NCBI GenBank assembly: GCA_051294375.1
Contig: CM119271.1
Coordinates: forward strand, 16,454,212-16,518,211
Length of the DNA: 64,000 nt
DNA from: Paraspadella gotoi
Lineage: Eukaryota > Animalia > Chaetognatha
Reading direction: 5' to 3'
In this document: positions 51,301 to 64,000 of the stretch, one piece after another
Layout: each line of letters starts with the position of its first letter
Position numbering within the stretch: the first letter of the stretch is position 1
Notes under the pieces: generated by a model
The model's input: only the letters and a program-made list of their open reading frames with translations
The model's database searches: none
Told to the model about the DNA's origin: nothing
Position numbers and translations under genes: made by a program

Positions 51301-52481
51301 CAGTTGAACAACGTTGCCTTGTGACCCGGACCAGGGCAGCGAACAACCCAGCATGATGTTTTCAAGCAGTTCATTGGCACTCACATCCTTTTCGAACTGG
51401 TTCTGCGGCGGCTCCCCTGTAATTAGGATAAATAAAGTAGTTGAAGTTATTAGATAATAATGCTTAAAAGATAATGATAATAATAAATTATTTATATCAT
51501 CTTAGGGCATACGTTTTTTGGATCATTGATTGTATCATTTTCTAAAAGGGCCCCTTAATTAAAAATTTTCGAATTATTTGCGAAAAAAAGTAATAGGAAA
51601 TAGATATAAATAGATATACAACAAATAGGAGGGATTTTCAGTACAAAACGAATTCGATTTCACATAAAGATCTGTAATCGCCGAACGTGGTAAGTCCTCA
51701 CTTCAAACTTACCATTAACGTCGCAGAGAACACTCGGCGCGTAAGAGTTCACGTCGAAAGTTTCTCTGGGCGCCGCTTCAATCTCGCTCGTATCTTCCCA
51801 CGAGCAGTGATACGTCCCCGCGACCTCCTTCACATCCTCGGCCGAGTTCACTTCCTTCGTGAATGTTCTCGATCCCGTGAGGTTGGCCGAGACGTCGTTG
51901 TTCTTAAAAGTGACGCGCGGAGTCAGAAAAGGATTTTTGTGCGAACATTCGAAAGAGATTCGCCCGACGAAATGTTTGTAGTGATAATCCGGCGCCAAAT
52001 CGAAATTTTGAACGAAGACTCCAGCGTCAATGACATCGAAAGGTTCGTAGACTTTAATCTTTAGCGAAGTGAGACTTCTTCTCCGAAAGAACACTTTGCT
52101 CAACGAGTCGCTTGAGCAATTGTGAATTTCGAGACCCGAGCTGGAGCCGCTGACGTATTGGATGTCGAAGCATCTGTCTTTATCCCTGACGGCATTCTTG
52201 TAGAAACTAACTTCTGTGATTTCGTTAAGCAACTTGTCTCTTCCCAGACCGAATTCGCAAAACTCGCCGTCTCTCCCAGTCTCCTTGACGTTTGTGTTGG
52301 CGGTGAAGATTTCAATGTGGAGACCGTCTTTGATGACCGATGGTTGGACGCTTTCTTCCTCCGCGTTTGGTCCGCAGACGTCAAACTTATTATTCTCTGC
52401 GACGACGACGACGACGACGACAGCGAAATGTAAGACAACAATGGAAAAGTTAAAAATCGATGAGAGTTTTCCGGTTGGCAT
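48329..52481 (-). CDS. Unassigned type I membrane protein with Ig-like ectodomain, TM helix and C-terminal T-T-C motif
   Basis: Exons 52481-51713, 51416-51247, 50690-50522, 49718-~49558, 49059-48946 and 48466-48329 are phase-compatible. Hydrophobic N-terminus, C...GTYHC and C...W...VYTC Ig-like motifs, TM GWIIVIIFVIIAIVVIIVVCC. Confidence 0.75.
48690..48945. repeat. Intronic ~42-bp minisatellite
   Basis: About 6 copies of ATCTCGACTGACCGACTTTCCCATCTATGCCACTTTT. Confidence 0.9.
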
Positions 52482-53688
52482 CTTTTTTGTCTTTTGTTCT
52501 CGAATTAAATATGATTTTTAATTTTAAAATAATGTCTTCTAAAAAAAGAAAAAAAATGGAAATGTTCATTAAAACTATTTATAAAAAACTTGTCAAATTT
52601 TATTTTTAATGTTGTCTATAACATTTACAAATATTTAATCCCGTAAATCCTATAAAAAGGAAGAAAAGGTGTAAAACGTAAAATGGCATGAAGTTTAAAA
52701 AAGTAAAAAAAGAGCAAAGCAGAAATATGGAGCAGTTTAACAGTCGAAACTTATTATTTTTTGTTATTTTGGAATTCATATTTTGGCGTTCAATATTTCT
52801 TAAAATGACACTGAGCATCAAGGCTTCATTGAAGCTCTAGAGTTTAAAAGAGATATGAATTCATACACAAAATTTTAAAAAACTAAGTGATAAAACTAAA
52901 TGATAAAAGGTTCATACATATAATGGCAACCCTATTGGCAAAGACCGAAGATTTTTTGTTGGCAGCTGCGATGCAAAACTGAGAAAGAAAATGTCGCAAA
53001 AAATGGCACAAATTAAATTCGAGTTGAGAGGAGGAAATTTCGGAACGATGGACATCAGGTTGAACATTTTATTTTTTAACAAGTTTTTTAAAAAATGTAC
53101 TAACCTGTGGATAAAAAAAAAGAGGACAACCAAAAAACTTTCAAAGATAAATTAAGTTCATGAAAAAGAGAACAATTGATGTTTGAAAGTCATGATTTTT
53201 TTTTAAAAAAATATTTATTCAAACTTCCATTTATTTGAAAGTAATGATTTTTTAAAAAAATATTTATTCAAACTTCCATCTATTTAAAAAAGTATTAATT
53301 TTTTTAAAAAAAATATTCATTCAAACTTCCATCTTTTTGAAAGTAATGATTTTTAAAAAAAAAATTTATTCAAACTGACCGCTCAGCAAAAGAAAAATTG
53401 ATTACTGGTTTGTTGTAGTTCCTTACGACAAGAACGATTTTGTTTGAAACTCAAAAATTTCCTAATTTGTAATTTTTATCATTTTTAATTTGTAAGTTTT
53501 AATTGTTAATACAAGGTCCGTAATTTTTTGGCACGCCTCTGTATTTAATAAGTTTTCATGAGGACGATACATAAATATATTCATTACTTACATAAACACA
53601 AACATTAAAAATATCCATCGTTACGAAAATTGCCGTAGCACAAGTAAAAAATATATACTAATCGCTATATCGTTACAAAATAAATATA

Positions 53689-54134
53689 CAGGAGGTCCAG
53701 CTCTAATGGGACTAACTTCAAGTGAGACAGGACAAAAACGGTTTAGGATAAAGGGGAAGGGGGACAAGTTGGAAACTGGGCTAAATTTAATTTGATCGAT
53801 TTAAAAACGTCTGGAAAATCCAAGAGAAAATACTGTAATTAAAGCTTTTTGCATAACATGTCAAATATTTTTGCGCCGCTTGCTTAAAAAATTTTGAGAA
53901 ATTTTGCCGAAAATCAAGATGAAGGTTAGTGACAGAAATGAGAGCATTCCCAACGGGCACGGTCGGAAAAACATATGCTGCTTTCTCTGAATCTTTGGAG
54001 AAGATCTTGGTTGAAAAAGATAAATCTTTTTAATTGATTGAATTATCAATTGTACCAATTTTCATTCAATTATTTTTTTATTTACCCATCCAAACGATTT
54101 TTTAAAGTTAGTCCCAAATGAGCTGGACCCCCTG
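53689..54134. mobile_element. Tc1/mariner-type MITE
   Basis: TA|CAGGAGGTCCAGCTCTAATGGGACTAACTT ... AAGTTAGTCCCAAATGAGCTGGACCCCCTG|TA. Confidence 0.85.
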
Positions 54135-54418
54135 TATTATATACTCTTAAAAGCATATAATGTGATAAACTAAATTCTAAGTTTGACCGGCGATTGTCCT
54201 GTTTATGCTCGTGCGAAATAAAAAATCGATAAATAATACAAAAAACTTTTTCGGAGAAAGCTAGTGGTTCAAATGTTACATTTTTAAGCACAATGTAAAA
54301 AAATGTAAAAATGTACACAAAAAACGAGAGTATTTTTAAACAGGCCCCGATTTATGACAGGAAGAATTTTTATTTAGACGCTATCGTCGTTTTTGTCACT
54401 CTCTCTCTCTCTCTCTCT

Positions 54419-56344
54419 TCACAACAAAAACAAATCACTCACACTTGTCACCTCCACCGTGACCTTTCCCGGTTTCGGCAAACCCTTTTCTCTCCACCTG
54501 CCCTCCAAATCGGCCGTGTACACTCTCGTATCGTCAGTGACCGGGCAAGGAAAGACCGCCTTGCCCATGTAAGAATCCTTGAGAAGGTTGCTGTTCCAAA
54601 CTTGGACTGTGATTGGACGAGAGGGAAAGCGACGATAGAAGATGAATTCTTCGCCGAATCCCGGGTTGAGGTTGTCCTTTTGTTTACATAACAAATTAAA
54701 TAATCATTCTTAAATTGGTAACACCAATTTCATAACAATATTATATTATAATTTATATAAATTTTATTTCTATTCAATCACACTGCCCACCATCTCCGAC
54801 CACACTGCCCATCATCTCCGACCACACTGCCCACTTACCTTGACCACCTCCGTCTCTACTTTCTCTCCACCCACGACGCCCTTCTCGCACTTGACTGCGC
54901 AATAAGGATCAGCGCCGCCGGAAGCGTCTTCCTTCTCCAACCCCATCGCGCTTACGACCTTTTGATGGGATTGAAGCAATCATTTATTCAATTATTTAAT
55001 TCTTGAATCATTCATTCCATTCATTAATTAAATGATTCAATTCTTCATTCGATCTTTCATTCATCCAGTCATTCATTCTTTCATTCACTCTTTCATTAAT
55101 TAATTCAATCATTATTACTTACCTTGACCCTCACGGCGGAGTTGTAATCCGGTCCGCAGAATTGGTGCCAAGCCTTGGACGGGTGATGCTCGATCAGGGC
55201 CATGGCGCTCGACCTTTTGTCGGTGTAGATGCGAAGAAGAAAATCACCCTGGAACAAATTGGGATTAGTATGAAAGGAAGGGCTAGGGTTAAACTCAATC
55301 ACTTAATGTTTTCAGAATTTGGATGCTTATATGTAGTGATTGATCGACTTGTCTGCCTTAGCGATTCTAGATCAGTCTAACTATATTCACATTAAGCTAT
55401 AAGCATTCCCAATGGCCATGCTAATAGTCTGATTCATTCAGCCCTGCTTGGTCCGACCACCGTAAGACCCCCAAGCATAACCGAGCATAACCTGTCCAAA
55501 GTTTATTAAATGAAATAATATTTTTTATACATTAGTTGTATAATAGTATAATAGTATAACAATATTCACACGCTATATAATCATATGATGAAAAAAGGAC
55601 TCCTACAGACCTCGTGACCCGGATCGAAGGTGCAGGGCACGACGACGTAGCGGCCCGCAGGAAAGCGGCGGCGCAGAAAGACGCTGCGAGAATTGACGTA
55701 AGTCGAGGCGGCGACCGTCTTTCCTATTTGATGGACGATCGAGCGTCGGTTCTTCTCCACCTATTTTTGGGGTAAGGAGAGTTGGGGAAGAGAGAATGGT
55801 GAGTTTAGGGCGGGGGGAGGGCGGGAGGGGGGAGAGAGAGGGAGAGAGAGAGGGGAACGGGAGCAGAGAGAGTGTAAAAAAGTGTAAAGGGCAAAAAGAA
55901 GAAGAAAGGGAAGGAAAGGAAAGGAAAGGATAGGAAAGAAAAAGATAGGTTAGAAAAGGTAGGAACTAGGAAAAGATTAAAAAAAGAAAAATGATGGAGA
56001 TTACAAGATGTGAAGAAAAGAAAAGAAAAGAAAAGAAAAGAAAAGAAAAGAAAAGAAAAGAAAAGAAAAGAAAAGAAAAGAAAAGAAAAGAAAAGAAAAG
56101 GAAAAGAAAAGAGAGAAGAGAAGAAAATCCTAACCTTCATGATGCTAAATCCCATGGAAAGGTTTCCCTCTTCACCAGACTTTCGATTCGCCCGTCGATC
56201 TCGTTGCTGCAAAGAAATCAGCACCAACTCCCCATTCTCGTCATTCTCTACGCAGCTGAAGGCGAACTGGGGATTCTTCAAGAACGTGTCTCGGTTGTTC
56301 GGGCAACCACCGGCTAAGTCTGGGCGCGTCCAAGAAGCTTTTGG

Positions 56345-56392
<48 letters not shown>

Positions 56393-59300
56393 GAGAGATG
56401 GGGAGGGAACAAGTTTGAGCAAACAACGTCGGATCTGTCCACGATCATTATCATTATCATAATTAATTAATTAATTAATTAATTAATTAATTAATTAATT
56501 AATATTAATTCAAGTTAATTAATTATTTGATTAATTAATAATTAATTTATTCAATTGAGTTATTTAATTAATTAGGAAATTAATTAATTAATTTGATCCG
56601 TAATGTTTGTTTTTTTTGCAGAATTTTCCAAACTTTGTTAAATCATAGTTTATCATAATTCGATGTTCTGACATGATAAAAGTGAATGCCCGACAAGATT
56701 GAGGGGGCGGACCAACGGACCGACAAAGTGAATTATAGAGTCAGGATCTGCTGAAAGCAGATCCGACTAAAAAGACAGGGAATAAGTAAAACTAAAAGGG
56801 ACAGAAAACTATTAAAATTAACAGTGAAAGTTTTAGTTTTATTAAGAAAGGCCGTTTAGCCCTTCCGGAAATAGGGATACTGAAGCCAGGTCGTCTGGGA
56901 GTTAATAAACTGGACTGAGAGTCTTGATTAAAAACTTTCAGGATCTTGCTATGTCATTATCTTGCTATGTCATTATCTTACTATGTCATTATCTTGCTAT
57001 GTCATTATCTTGCTATGTCATTATCTTGCTATTATGGTGGACTAAAATCCACCAACCGTTCATCAGCGGCCATTGGTGCCGGAGGCAAGTCATTCGCCTC
57101 CCAACCCAAAGATCCGGGGTTCTAGCCCGGTGGTCGTCTGGCAGTTAAGAGGGACGGGGCGCTTAACCCGCCTGTATCATGGTGTTACAGCTTGATCCGA
57201 AGCTCAGGGACTGCTTATATTGAACGGTTCTGTAATTAACACTTATCAATAATTACTGTCTCTTCACTATGTCATTATCTTGTAAGAGTCAGGGAGTCAA
57301 GATCGTCGAATTCTTATTACTAAAAATTCAGTCCTCCACTATGGAGGCTATAAACTACTGAAGCCTGTCCAGAGTTAGGGGTCAGATAGCTTATTTCTTA
57401 AATGAATGGATAATTTTTACATTGGTTGAACTAATTTCATAAAACTTAAACCAAAAAATGACAATAAAAAAATTAATGAAAAAATCCGGAGAAAATAACG
57501 AATGATTCAATAAAACAAATGCGTGTATGAGTGAGAGAAAGAGAAAAAGAAGAGAGAGAGAGAGAAAAGGTCGATGTGTCGTGAATTGTGAAGTTGAGAC
57601 GGAAGGAGAAGAGGAGGAAGAAGAGGAAGAAGAGGAGGAGGAAATAAAAAAGAAAGACAAAAAATTGATGCGATAATAACCAAATGATTGATGCAATGAT
57701 AACCAAATGATTGATGCGATGATAGTCATTCACTGATGCGATTATAGTCATTCATTGACGCGATGAATTATTCAACGTAAATAAAACAAACAAATGCGTG
57801 TATAAGTGAGAGAGAGAGAAAAAGAGAAGTTAAACCGCTGCAGAGCTAAAATCGGTTTTTTTAAATGAATCAGAAGTTGCAGCGCATGACAAAAGAAAAA
57901 TAAATATATATATAATTTAAAGAAATAAAAGAAAGACAAAAAATGTTACAATTGTTTACAATCGTATTTAAATATTGTATACAATTGTAATTAAAAGAGA
58001 AAAGAGAGCTTCATACACCCAAATTTAATTATAAAAAAGGCGATCGATAATTTGTAACGACGACGACGACGACGCCTAAGCTACGCCACTTATGCCCAAA
58101 AGCGTTACTAGCGATTGCTACGATAAAAAAGCGTGACGCCGACGCAGACAACGACAACGATTACGACAACGACGACGACGACACAAAGAAGCTAAAGCGA
58201 TCCAAAATCTAGCCAAGACCGGCTTAAGCCCGTCTGGCGAGATAACAACAATCTCTCCCCTTTATTCCTTTTCGTTCACCTGAGAAACAATACTCGAAGA
58301 AATTCCTTTCAAAAGAAAGAAAGGAAGTGTTGACGACTCGACAAACAGCGACATCAGTAAATGCGGAGACGAAATCGTCAAACGACATCCAGAACTCTCC
58401 ATTGTCCTCAAAGGAAAGATCGAGTTTGGCTTTTTCTGAGTCGGAGATCTTGTTCCATCTTAAGATAAAAGGGTCGTGTGGCAAATAAACGACTTAATAT
58501 CGACTTCAAATGAGTCAAAATGGAGGTGGGATTCAAAAAAATGAGCTCCTGGCGATTCCGAAATGAATTCACTTTGAACATATGATGCGTTTTACGCCAT
58601 ATATTATATTATATTTATATTACTATGCATAGTAATATAAAAGAAAAGAAAACTATCTGAAGCGAAAACAAAAAATTCAATAGAAATAATTTTGTAATTT
58701 AAACTTGTTTCCAAATAAAAAAAAACTTATAAAACCAAAACAATAAATTATTATGCGACAGAAACGATTTTATTAATATGTCTCTGTATTGAATTTCTGA
58801 AAAAGTTTCGAGTAAGATTGATACACATTTTTTAAATTGATATTACTGCAGACTGAAAAGGGGAGGGAGGGAGAGAAAAAGAGAGAGACAGAGAGAGAGA
58901 CTCATTTTGCCCCTACCTTTCATCGCCGTCAGAGAATGACCCATTCCACTCTTTCTGACCCCAAGGATTTCGTAGTCGAATCATATCAAGTTTTTCTCCT
59001 CCACCAAAAAGACCAAAAAGCCCAGAGTCGCCGCCTGTGGAAATCTGAAAAGAACACAAAATATCATTTGCATATTACAGTAAAAACTTGTTGGTAAGTT
59101 TTGGCCTCCAAACGACCTTATTAGGAAATTGTCTATGTTTCGCCAACTTTTCTATGCATAATTATTATTTTAGGCTAAAGAAGAACAAAAATTAATTCGA
59201 AAAAATTATCTTGGGTTATGTTTAAAATAATTAATGTGGAGTATAAGAGAAAAAATCATTACCACGTAGAAATCTTAACGCTTTTCCGAATTAATTAAAT

Positions 59301-61773
59301 AATTAATTATTACCATTTTATAAATTTCTAAATTTACTTTCATTTGTTTATGTCGTATTTTTTCTTATTTTTTTACACTCGTTTTGTTTCAAAATTTAAG
59401 CCTTCTTTGTATAATGAAATAGTTGAGATTGACAAAAAGTGTCGCGATAATATTATGACATCTGAAGCGAACCCGTTTGACGGCTGTGATCCCGTAGGCG
59501 TGGCCCTGGACGAGCCCATTGTCGAGTTTAGCTTCCATCTCTTCGGCGGACTTGGCGGAGATGGCCGCGGCGAGTAGGGCTTCGCGCGAATGGGCTTCCT
59601 GATAAATGAAACAATATTTAAATACTAATTCTACAAATGTATTCATCATTTTGAAAATCTTACTAAAATTTTATATTGAATTAGAAATCAAAAAAGATGA
59701 ATATGAAACAACAACAACAATAACAACAACAACAATAACAACAACAACAATAACAAACAATACCAACGAAAGGTTAAAAAAAACTATGATAAAAAGTTTA
59801 CAAAACATCAAAAACTCACTCTCTCTCACACTTTTCTATAAATTTTCTCGTTTTTGTCATTTATTTTAAGATTTTACTTGTTTGTTTATTTTCTTATTTT
59901 CCAAATAATAATTATAATAAAGAGGAAAACAAAACTCCAAAGACCTTGAGCTTCTGAAAAAGCTCTTCTCTCTCCTCCTCCCGTTCGACGTAATTGTCCT
60001 CCACCAGATCGATTGGCTCCGCGACGCCTCCGGTGAAGTCGACGAGCGCTTCCGCAAGATTGCCTCCGTCGAGGACTTCGTAGCAGCTGTGGACCTTGTG
60101 GAGATGAGAGAGGAGGGTGTAGAGATGAGAGAGGAGNNNNNNNNNNNNNNNNNNNNNNNNNNNNNNNNNNNNNNNNNNNNNNNNNNNNNNNNNNNNNNNN
60201 NNNNNNNNNNNNNNNNNGGTTGTGGAGATGAGAGAGGAGGGTTTGGAGAATGAGAGAGGGTGTGGGAGATGAGAGAGGAGGGTGTGGAGATGAGAGAAGA
60301 GGGTGTGGAGATGAGAGAGGAGGGTGTGGAGATGGAGAGAAGAGGGTGTGGAGATGAAGAGTGGGTGTGGAGATGAGAGAGGAGGGTGTGGAGATGAGAG
60401 AGGAGGGTGTGGAGATGAGAGAAGAGGGTGGAGATGAGAGAGGAGGGTGTGGAGATGAGAGAGGAGGTGTGGAGATGAAAGAGGAGGGTTGAAGATGAAA
60501 GAAGAGGATGTGAGGAGAGGAGAGAAGAGGAATGATGTAGATGATGGAGAGGAGGGTGTGAGAGATAGAGAGAGAGGGTGTGGAGATGAGAGAGGAGGGT
60601 GTGAGATGAGAGAGAGAGGGTGTGGAGATGAGAGAGAGAGGGTGTGAGATGAGAGAGAGAGGGTGTGGAAGCATGTGAAAAGAGAGAGGAGGGTGTGGAG
60701 ATGAGAGAGGAGGGTGTGGAGAAGAATTGGGATTTCAGAAAAAAACCAGAAACCGTGACAATCCTCACCTTTGCGTAATTCTTGACCAGCAGCTAATCTT
60801 CACCTTGGCGTAAGCCTTCTTCAGCAGCCAATCCTCACCTTGGCGTAAGCCTTCTCCAGCAGCCAATCCTCACCTTTGCATAATTCTTGACAGCAGCCCA
60901 TTCTCACCTTGGCGTAAGCCTTCTCCAGCAGCGCGCTCCAGAACTCGTTCCTCTCTTTGGAATGGATAAAGATAAGTTGGCCATCGACGGTCGGCAGTCG
61001 ATCGTCGATCACAACGTCGATCCATTCACCAAATTGCCAAAAGTGAAAGTGGAAGATTCCGGCATAAGGATTCTTTTCCTCCCATTCTTGTCCGGAGGGA
61101 ACGATCTTAAAAAAGGGGTTTGAGGTTTGAGAAGGAGGGGTGAGATGTATATTCATATATATTCATATATAAATTCATATATATACAATTGAAACATTCT
61201 TTGAAACTTTATTCCAATTCATTAAATACGGAAACCAGTTACTCTGGGAGTGAATAAAGGAGACTGTGAGAGAGTCTTGATTGAAAGCTTGCAGCGACAT
61301 TATGTCATTATCTTGTAAAAGGGATGGAGAGTTGTAGACCTTGATTCGCAAAATCCAGTCCAAAATCAAGGTCAAGATACGTATATTTTTCAGAATTATT
61401 TTATACATTTTCTCTCTCTATCTCTCTCTCTCTCTTTCGTATGGATCATATCATTTTACAGGATTATTTTATACATATTTTCTCTCTCTCTCTTTCTCTC
61501 TCTCTCTCTCCTCTCTCTCTTTTCTCCTTTCGTATGGACAGTATCATTTTTCAGGATTATTTTATACATATTTCTCTCTCTTCCCCTCTTCTTCTCTCTC
61601 TCTCTCTCTCCTCTCTCTCTTTCTCTTCGTATGGACCGTATCATTTTTCAGGATTATTTTATTACATATTTTCTCTCTCTTCCTCTCTCTCTCTCTCTCC
61701 TCTCTCTCTTTCTCTTTCTCTTTCGTATGAGATATCATTTTTCAGACGAGTTTATACATATCTTTCTCTCTCT

Positions 61774-61840
<67 letters not shown>

Positions 61841-61903
61841 CTCTCTTTCGTATGGACCAGTATCATTTTTCAGGATTATTTTATACATATTTTCTCTCTC
61901 TTC

Positions 61904-61934
<31 letters not shown>

Positions 61935-62043
61935 CTCTCTTTCTCTTTCGTATGGACCGTATCATTTTTCAGGATTATTTTATACATATTTTCTCTCTCT
62001 TCCTCTCTCCTCCTATTCTCTCTTTCTCTCTCTTTCTCTCTCT

Positions 62044-62084
<41 letters not shown>

Positions 62085-63025
62085 TCTCTCTCTCTCACTC
62101 CACCCTACCTCCTTCAAAATCTTCTTCTTCGTCGCCAACACCGAAGTCGCAGCCACGAGCCAACAATTCCCCAACCGCCCTTGAGAGACATCGCCCGAAG
62201 AACTTCCATCCACGAACAACTTGGGGTCGTCGCAGATCTCGGATGGACGTTTCCATTCCACGGCGCCAGCCTGTTGGAATTTAAGAACAAGTGGTTGCTC
62301 ATTTTTCTTTTGTTTATATCGAACTGGATCAATGTCTGGCTTTTTCTGTCCGAGACGGTGGGTCTTTCAGACTTTCTCTTTCACAAACTGTCCGATGATC
62401 ATCACTGGGCGCTATTTTCCGAAAGTTCCCCAGTTCAAGTCATTAATAAAGTATTAAGTTTTAACCAAATATATAATCTTATATATTTTATTCAATCGAT
62501 GACTGAATTTTTAATTTTAATTTTAATCCATAACTCTATCCCCTAACCCAAAACCAAAATCTGTTACCCTTATCCAAAACCGAATAACTAACCTGATCTC
62601 TAACTTAAATCGCTAACCTAACCAAACCTTAACTGAATCATGAATATAAACCAAACCTATTCTTAACTCTTAACTAAATATTTAAATATTGTCTTAAGAC
62701 TATTGTTTATAAACAAATAAACTTTATTTTCTTTTTAATATTTTTATATAAAAATAAATTCTGAATATGAACTGTGTCACCTTTGGAAAACATGGCCCAT
62801 CTCTGTATGTCTCCCGCCATATCTTACTCTGTGTCTACATCTGACAGACAGACGGACTGACTGAAACTCTCACAGACAGACAGACCGATCTAGTACCTTT
62901 CCCGGCGTAAAGAAAAGACTGGAATCTACGGCTGGGAACTCCGGATCCTCGAAGAGCGTGCCCGAGTCGGTCGAGGATTTTTTGAGGCTCTCAAAGTCTT
63001 GACCTTTAAAGGGTTTGACCGGCAT
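54419..63025 (-). CDS. CAPN5: Calpain-5/TRA-3-type cysteine protease (CysPc, CBSW and C2 domains)
   Basis: 12 exons: 63025-62897, 62270-62109, 61105-60908, 60094-59945, 59598-59473, 59044-58917, 58458-58280, 56337-56135, 55760-55611, 55248-55123, 54958-54839 and 54676-54419. Catalytic triad [12 protein letters not shown] and RNPWG. The C-terminus is C2-like ([21 protein letters not shown]) rather than penta-EF-hand. Confidence 0.93.
56409..56773 (-). mobile_element. Short DINE-1/HINE-like element in a calpain intron
   Basis: Both family termini are present and the interior is largely deleted. Confidence 0.75.
57033..57266 (+). mobile_element. Solo LTR family C inserted in repeat family E
   Basis: TATGGT...TCTTCA with a perfect TSD CTAT. 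Confidence 0.9.
57141..57214 (+). ncRNA. Predicted type-P5 twister ribozyme (LTR-C, intact T2)
   Basis: GCAGT-taaga-GG-GACGG-ggcgct-TAA-CCC-GC-P3-CTTGA(TCCGAAGC)TCAGG-G-ACTGC, with T2 CCG/CGG. Confidence 0.7.
60098..60722. repeat. ~22-bp intronic minisatellite spanning an N-gap
   Basis: GAGGGTGTGGAGATGAGAGAGG repeats. Confidence 0.9.
61385..62095. repeat. Intronic tandem array of a conserved ~42-bp core plus variable (CT)n
   Basis: About 6-7 copies of CGTATGGACCGTATCATTTTTCAGGATTATTTTATACATATT. Confidence 0.9.
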
Positions 63026-64000
63026 GATGGAGACGAAGGAGGTATGTAATTGGATTCAGTGGTAAAGGACGAGACGTCCGAGGATGTAATTAGATTTAGT
63101 GTTAAAATAATCGTTTGGAAGTAAAAAAGACTTTGGTTTGACTAACGATTTAGTTTATAATGATTTTTGATCTGCGGATTTAAAAAAGTGATTTTAAACA
63201 TTTTATTCAGAAAAAACCATCATGGTAAAAAATACCCGAATAAAAAATACAACTGATTTAAAGAAAATGAGTATTTTCTCTCAGACGAAATACGTCAAAA
63301 CAATAAAATCGTCAAAAGTAAAAAATGGATATAGACATCGGTGTTTTTAAAAAATGGAACGTGGAACAAGTGAGAAAATTTAAAAAACATTTTAATGTCA
63401 TATGAACCAATTCCCAAATCAAAGGTAATGTGATATTGTAATACAAAAACGTGGTGTAAATAAAGTAAAAAAAAGGTGAAAAATTACCCAAACTTTTCCG
63501 TATAAAAACGAAAGAAGGCATGTGACATGACAGTATTAAAAAGAACAAGTCATTATTAACAAGATCGGTCCATCAAATGTGTTGCGCCGCAGTGACTTTC
63601 TTTTCACATGTGATCTCGTGACTATGAAATTTATGTATAACAAACGTCTTATGGTTGATCACTCTGTAAAGTTTCAACTCAAACAACCCGACATTACAAG
63701 AAATATGCCGCATTTACTTTTTGATTTAGATATATTTAGTCAGATAAGTATTCACTAAAATGACTCTGTATTTTGTGAATTATGCCGCATTACATTTTAT
63801 CCCGAGTATTTCCATGTATTTTTGACATGTACTGCATTGGAATTCTCTCTTTTACTTTTTAAAGTTTATATAAGATTTCTTTAAAAAAACAATAGGTAGC
63901 GCTAGCAGTCGCTTAGATTTGAAGGTATTTCCTGTCATAACAAAGTATAGGCGAGTTATGTACTTTTTATCGTAAGTGGGACAGACCGTTGGACAGACAT

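Noticed and set aside
61385-62095. Repeat-spacer pattern resembling CRISPR
   Set aside because: The 'spacers' are just (CT)n tracts of variable length in an intron.

Overview
AT-rich, microsatellite-rich animal (invertebrate-like) genomic DNA with spliced genes, two N-gaps and signs of indel-prone assembly. Genes rebuilt by hand from GT-AG exons: a vesicular monoamine transporter (VMAT/SLC18A, + strand, ~37.9-45.2 kb), a calpain-5/TRA-3-type protease (- strand, 54.4-63.0 kb, 12 exons), an unassigned Ig-like type I membrane protein (- strand, 48.3-52.5 kb), a double MS4A/CD20-like membrane gene split by a transposon (24.3-26.7 kb) with a partial duplicate (21.2-22.1 kb), and a small two-TM exon (9.3-9.6 kb). 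Mobile DNA includes DINE-1/Helentron-like elements, a deleted Tc1 element, MITEs and Penelope-like inserts with minimal hammerhead ribozymes. The main finding is three families (A, B, C) of ~230-250 bp LTRs of non-coding mini-retrotransposons (tRNA-Trp PBS, PPT, 4-bp TSD). Each LTR holds a predicted type-P5 twister ribozyme whose pseudoknot covaries between families, which suggests a twister-based LTR 'retrozyme' system. All structure and homology calls are by eye and need covariance-model and biochemical confirmation.
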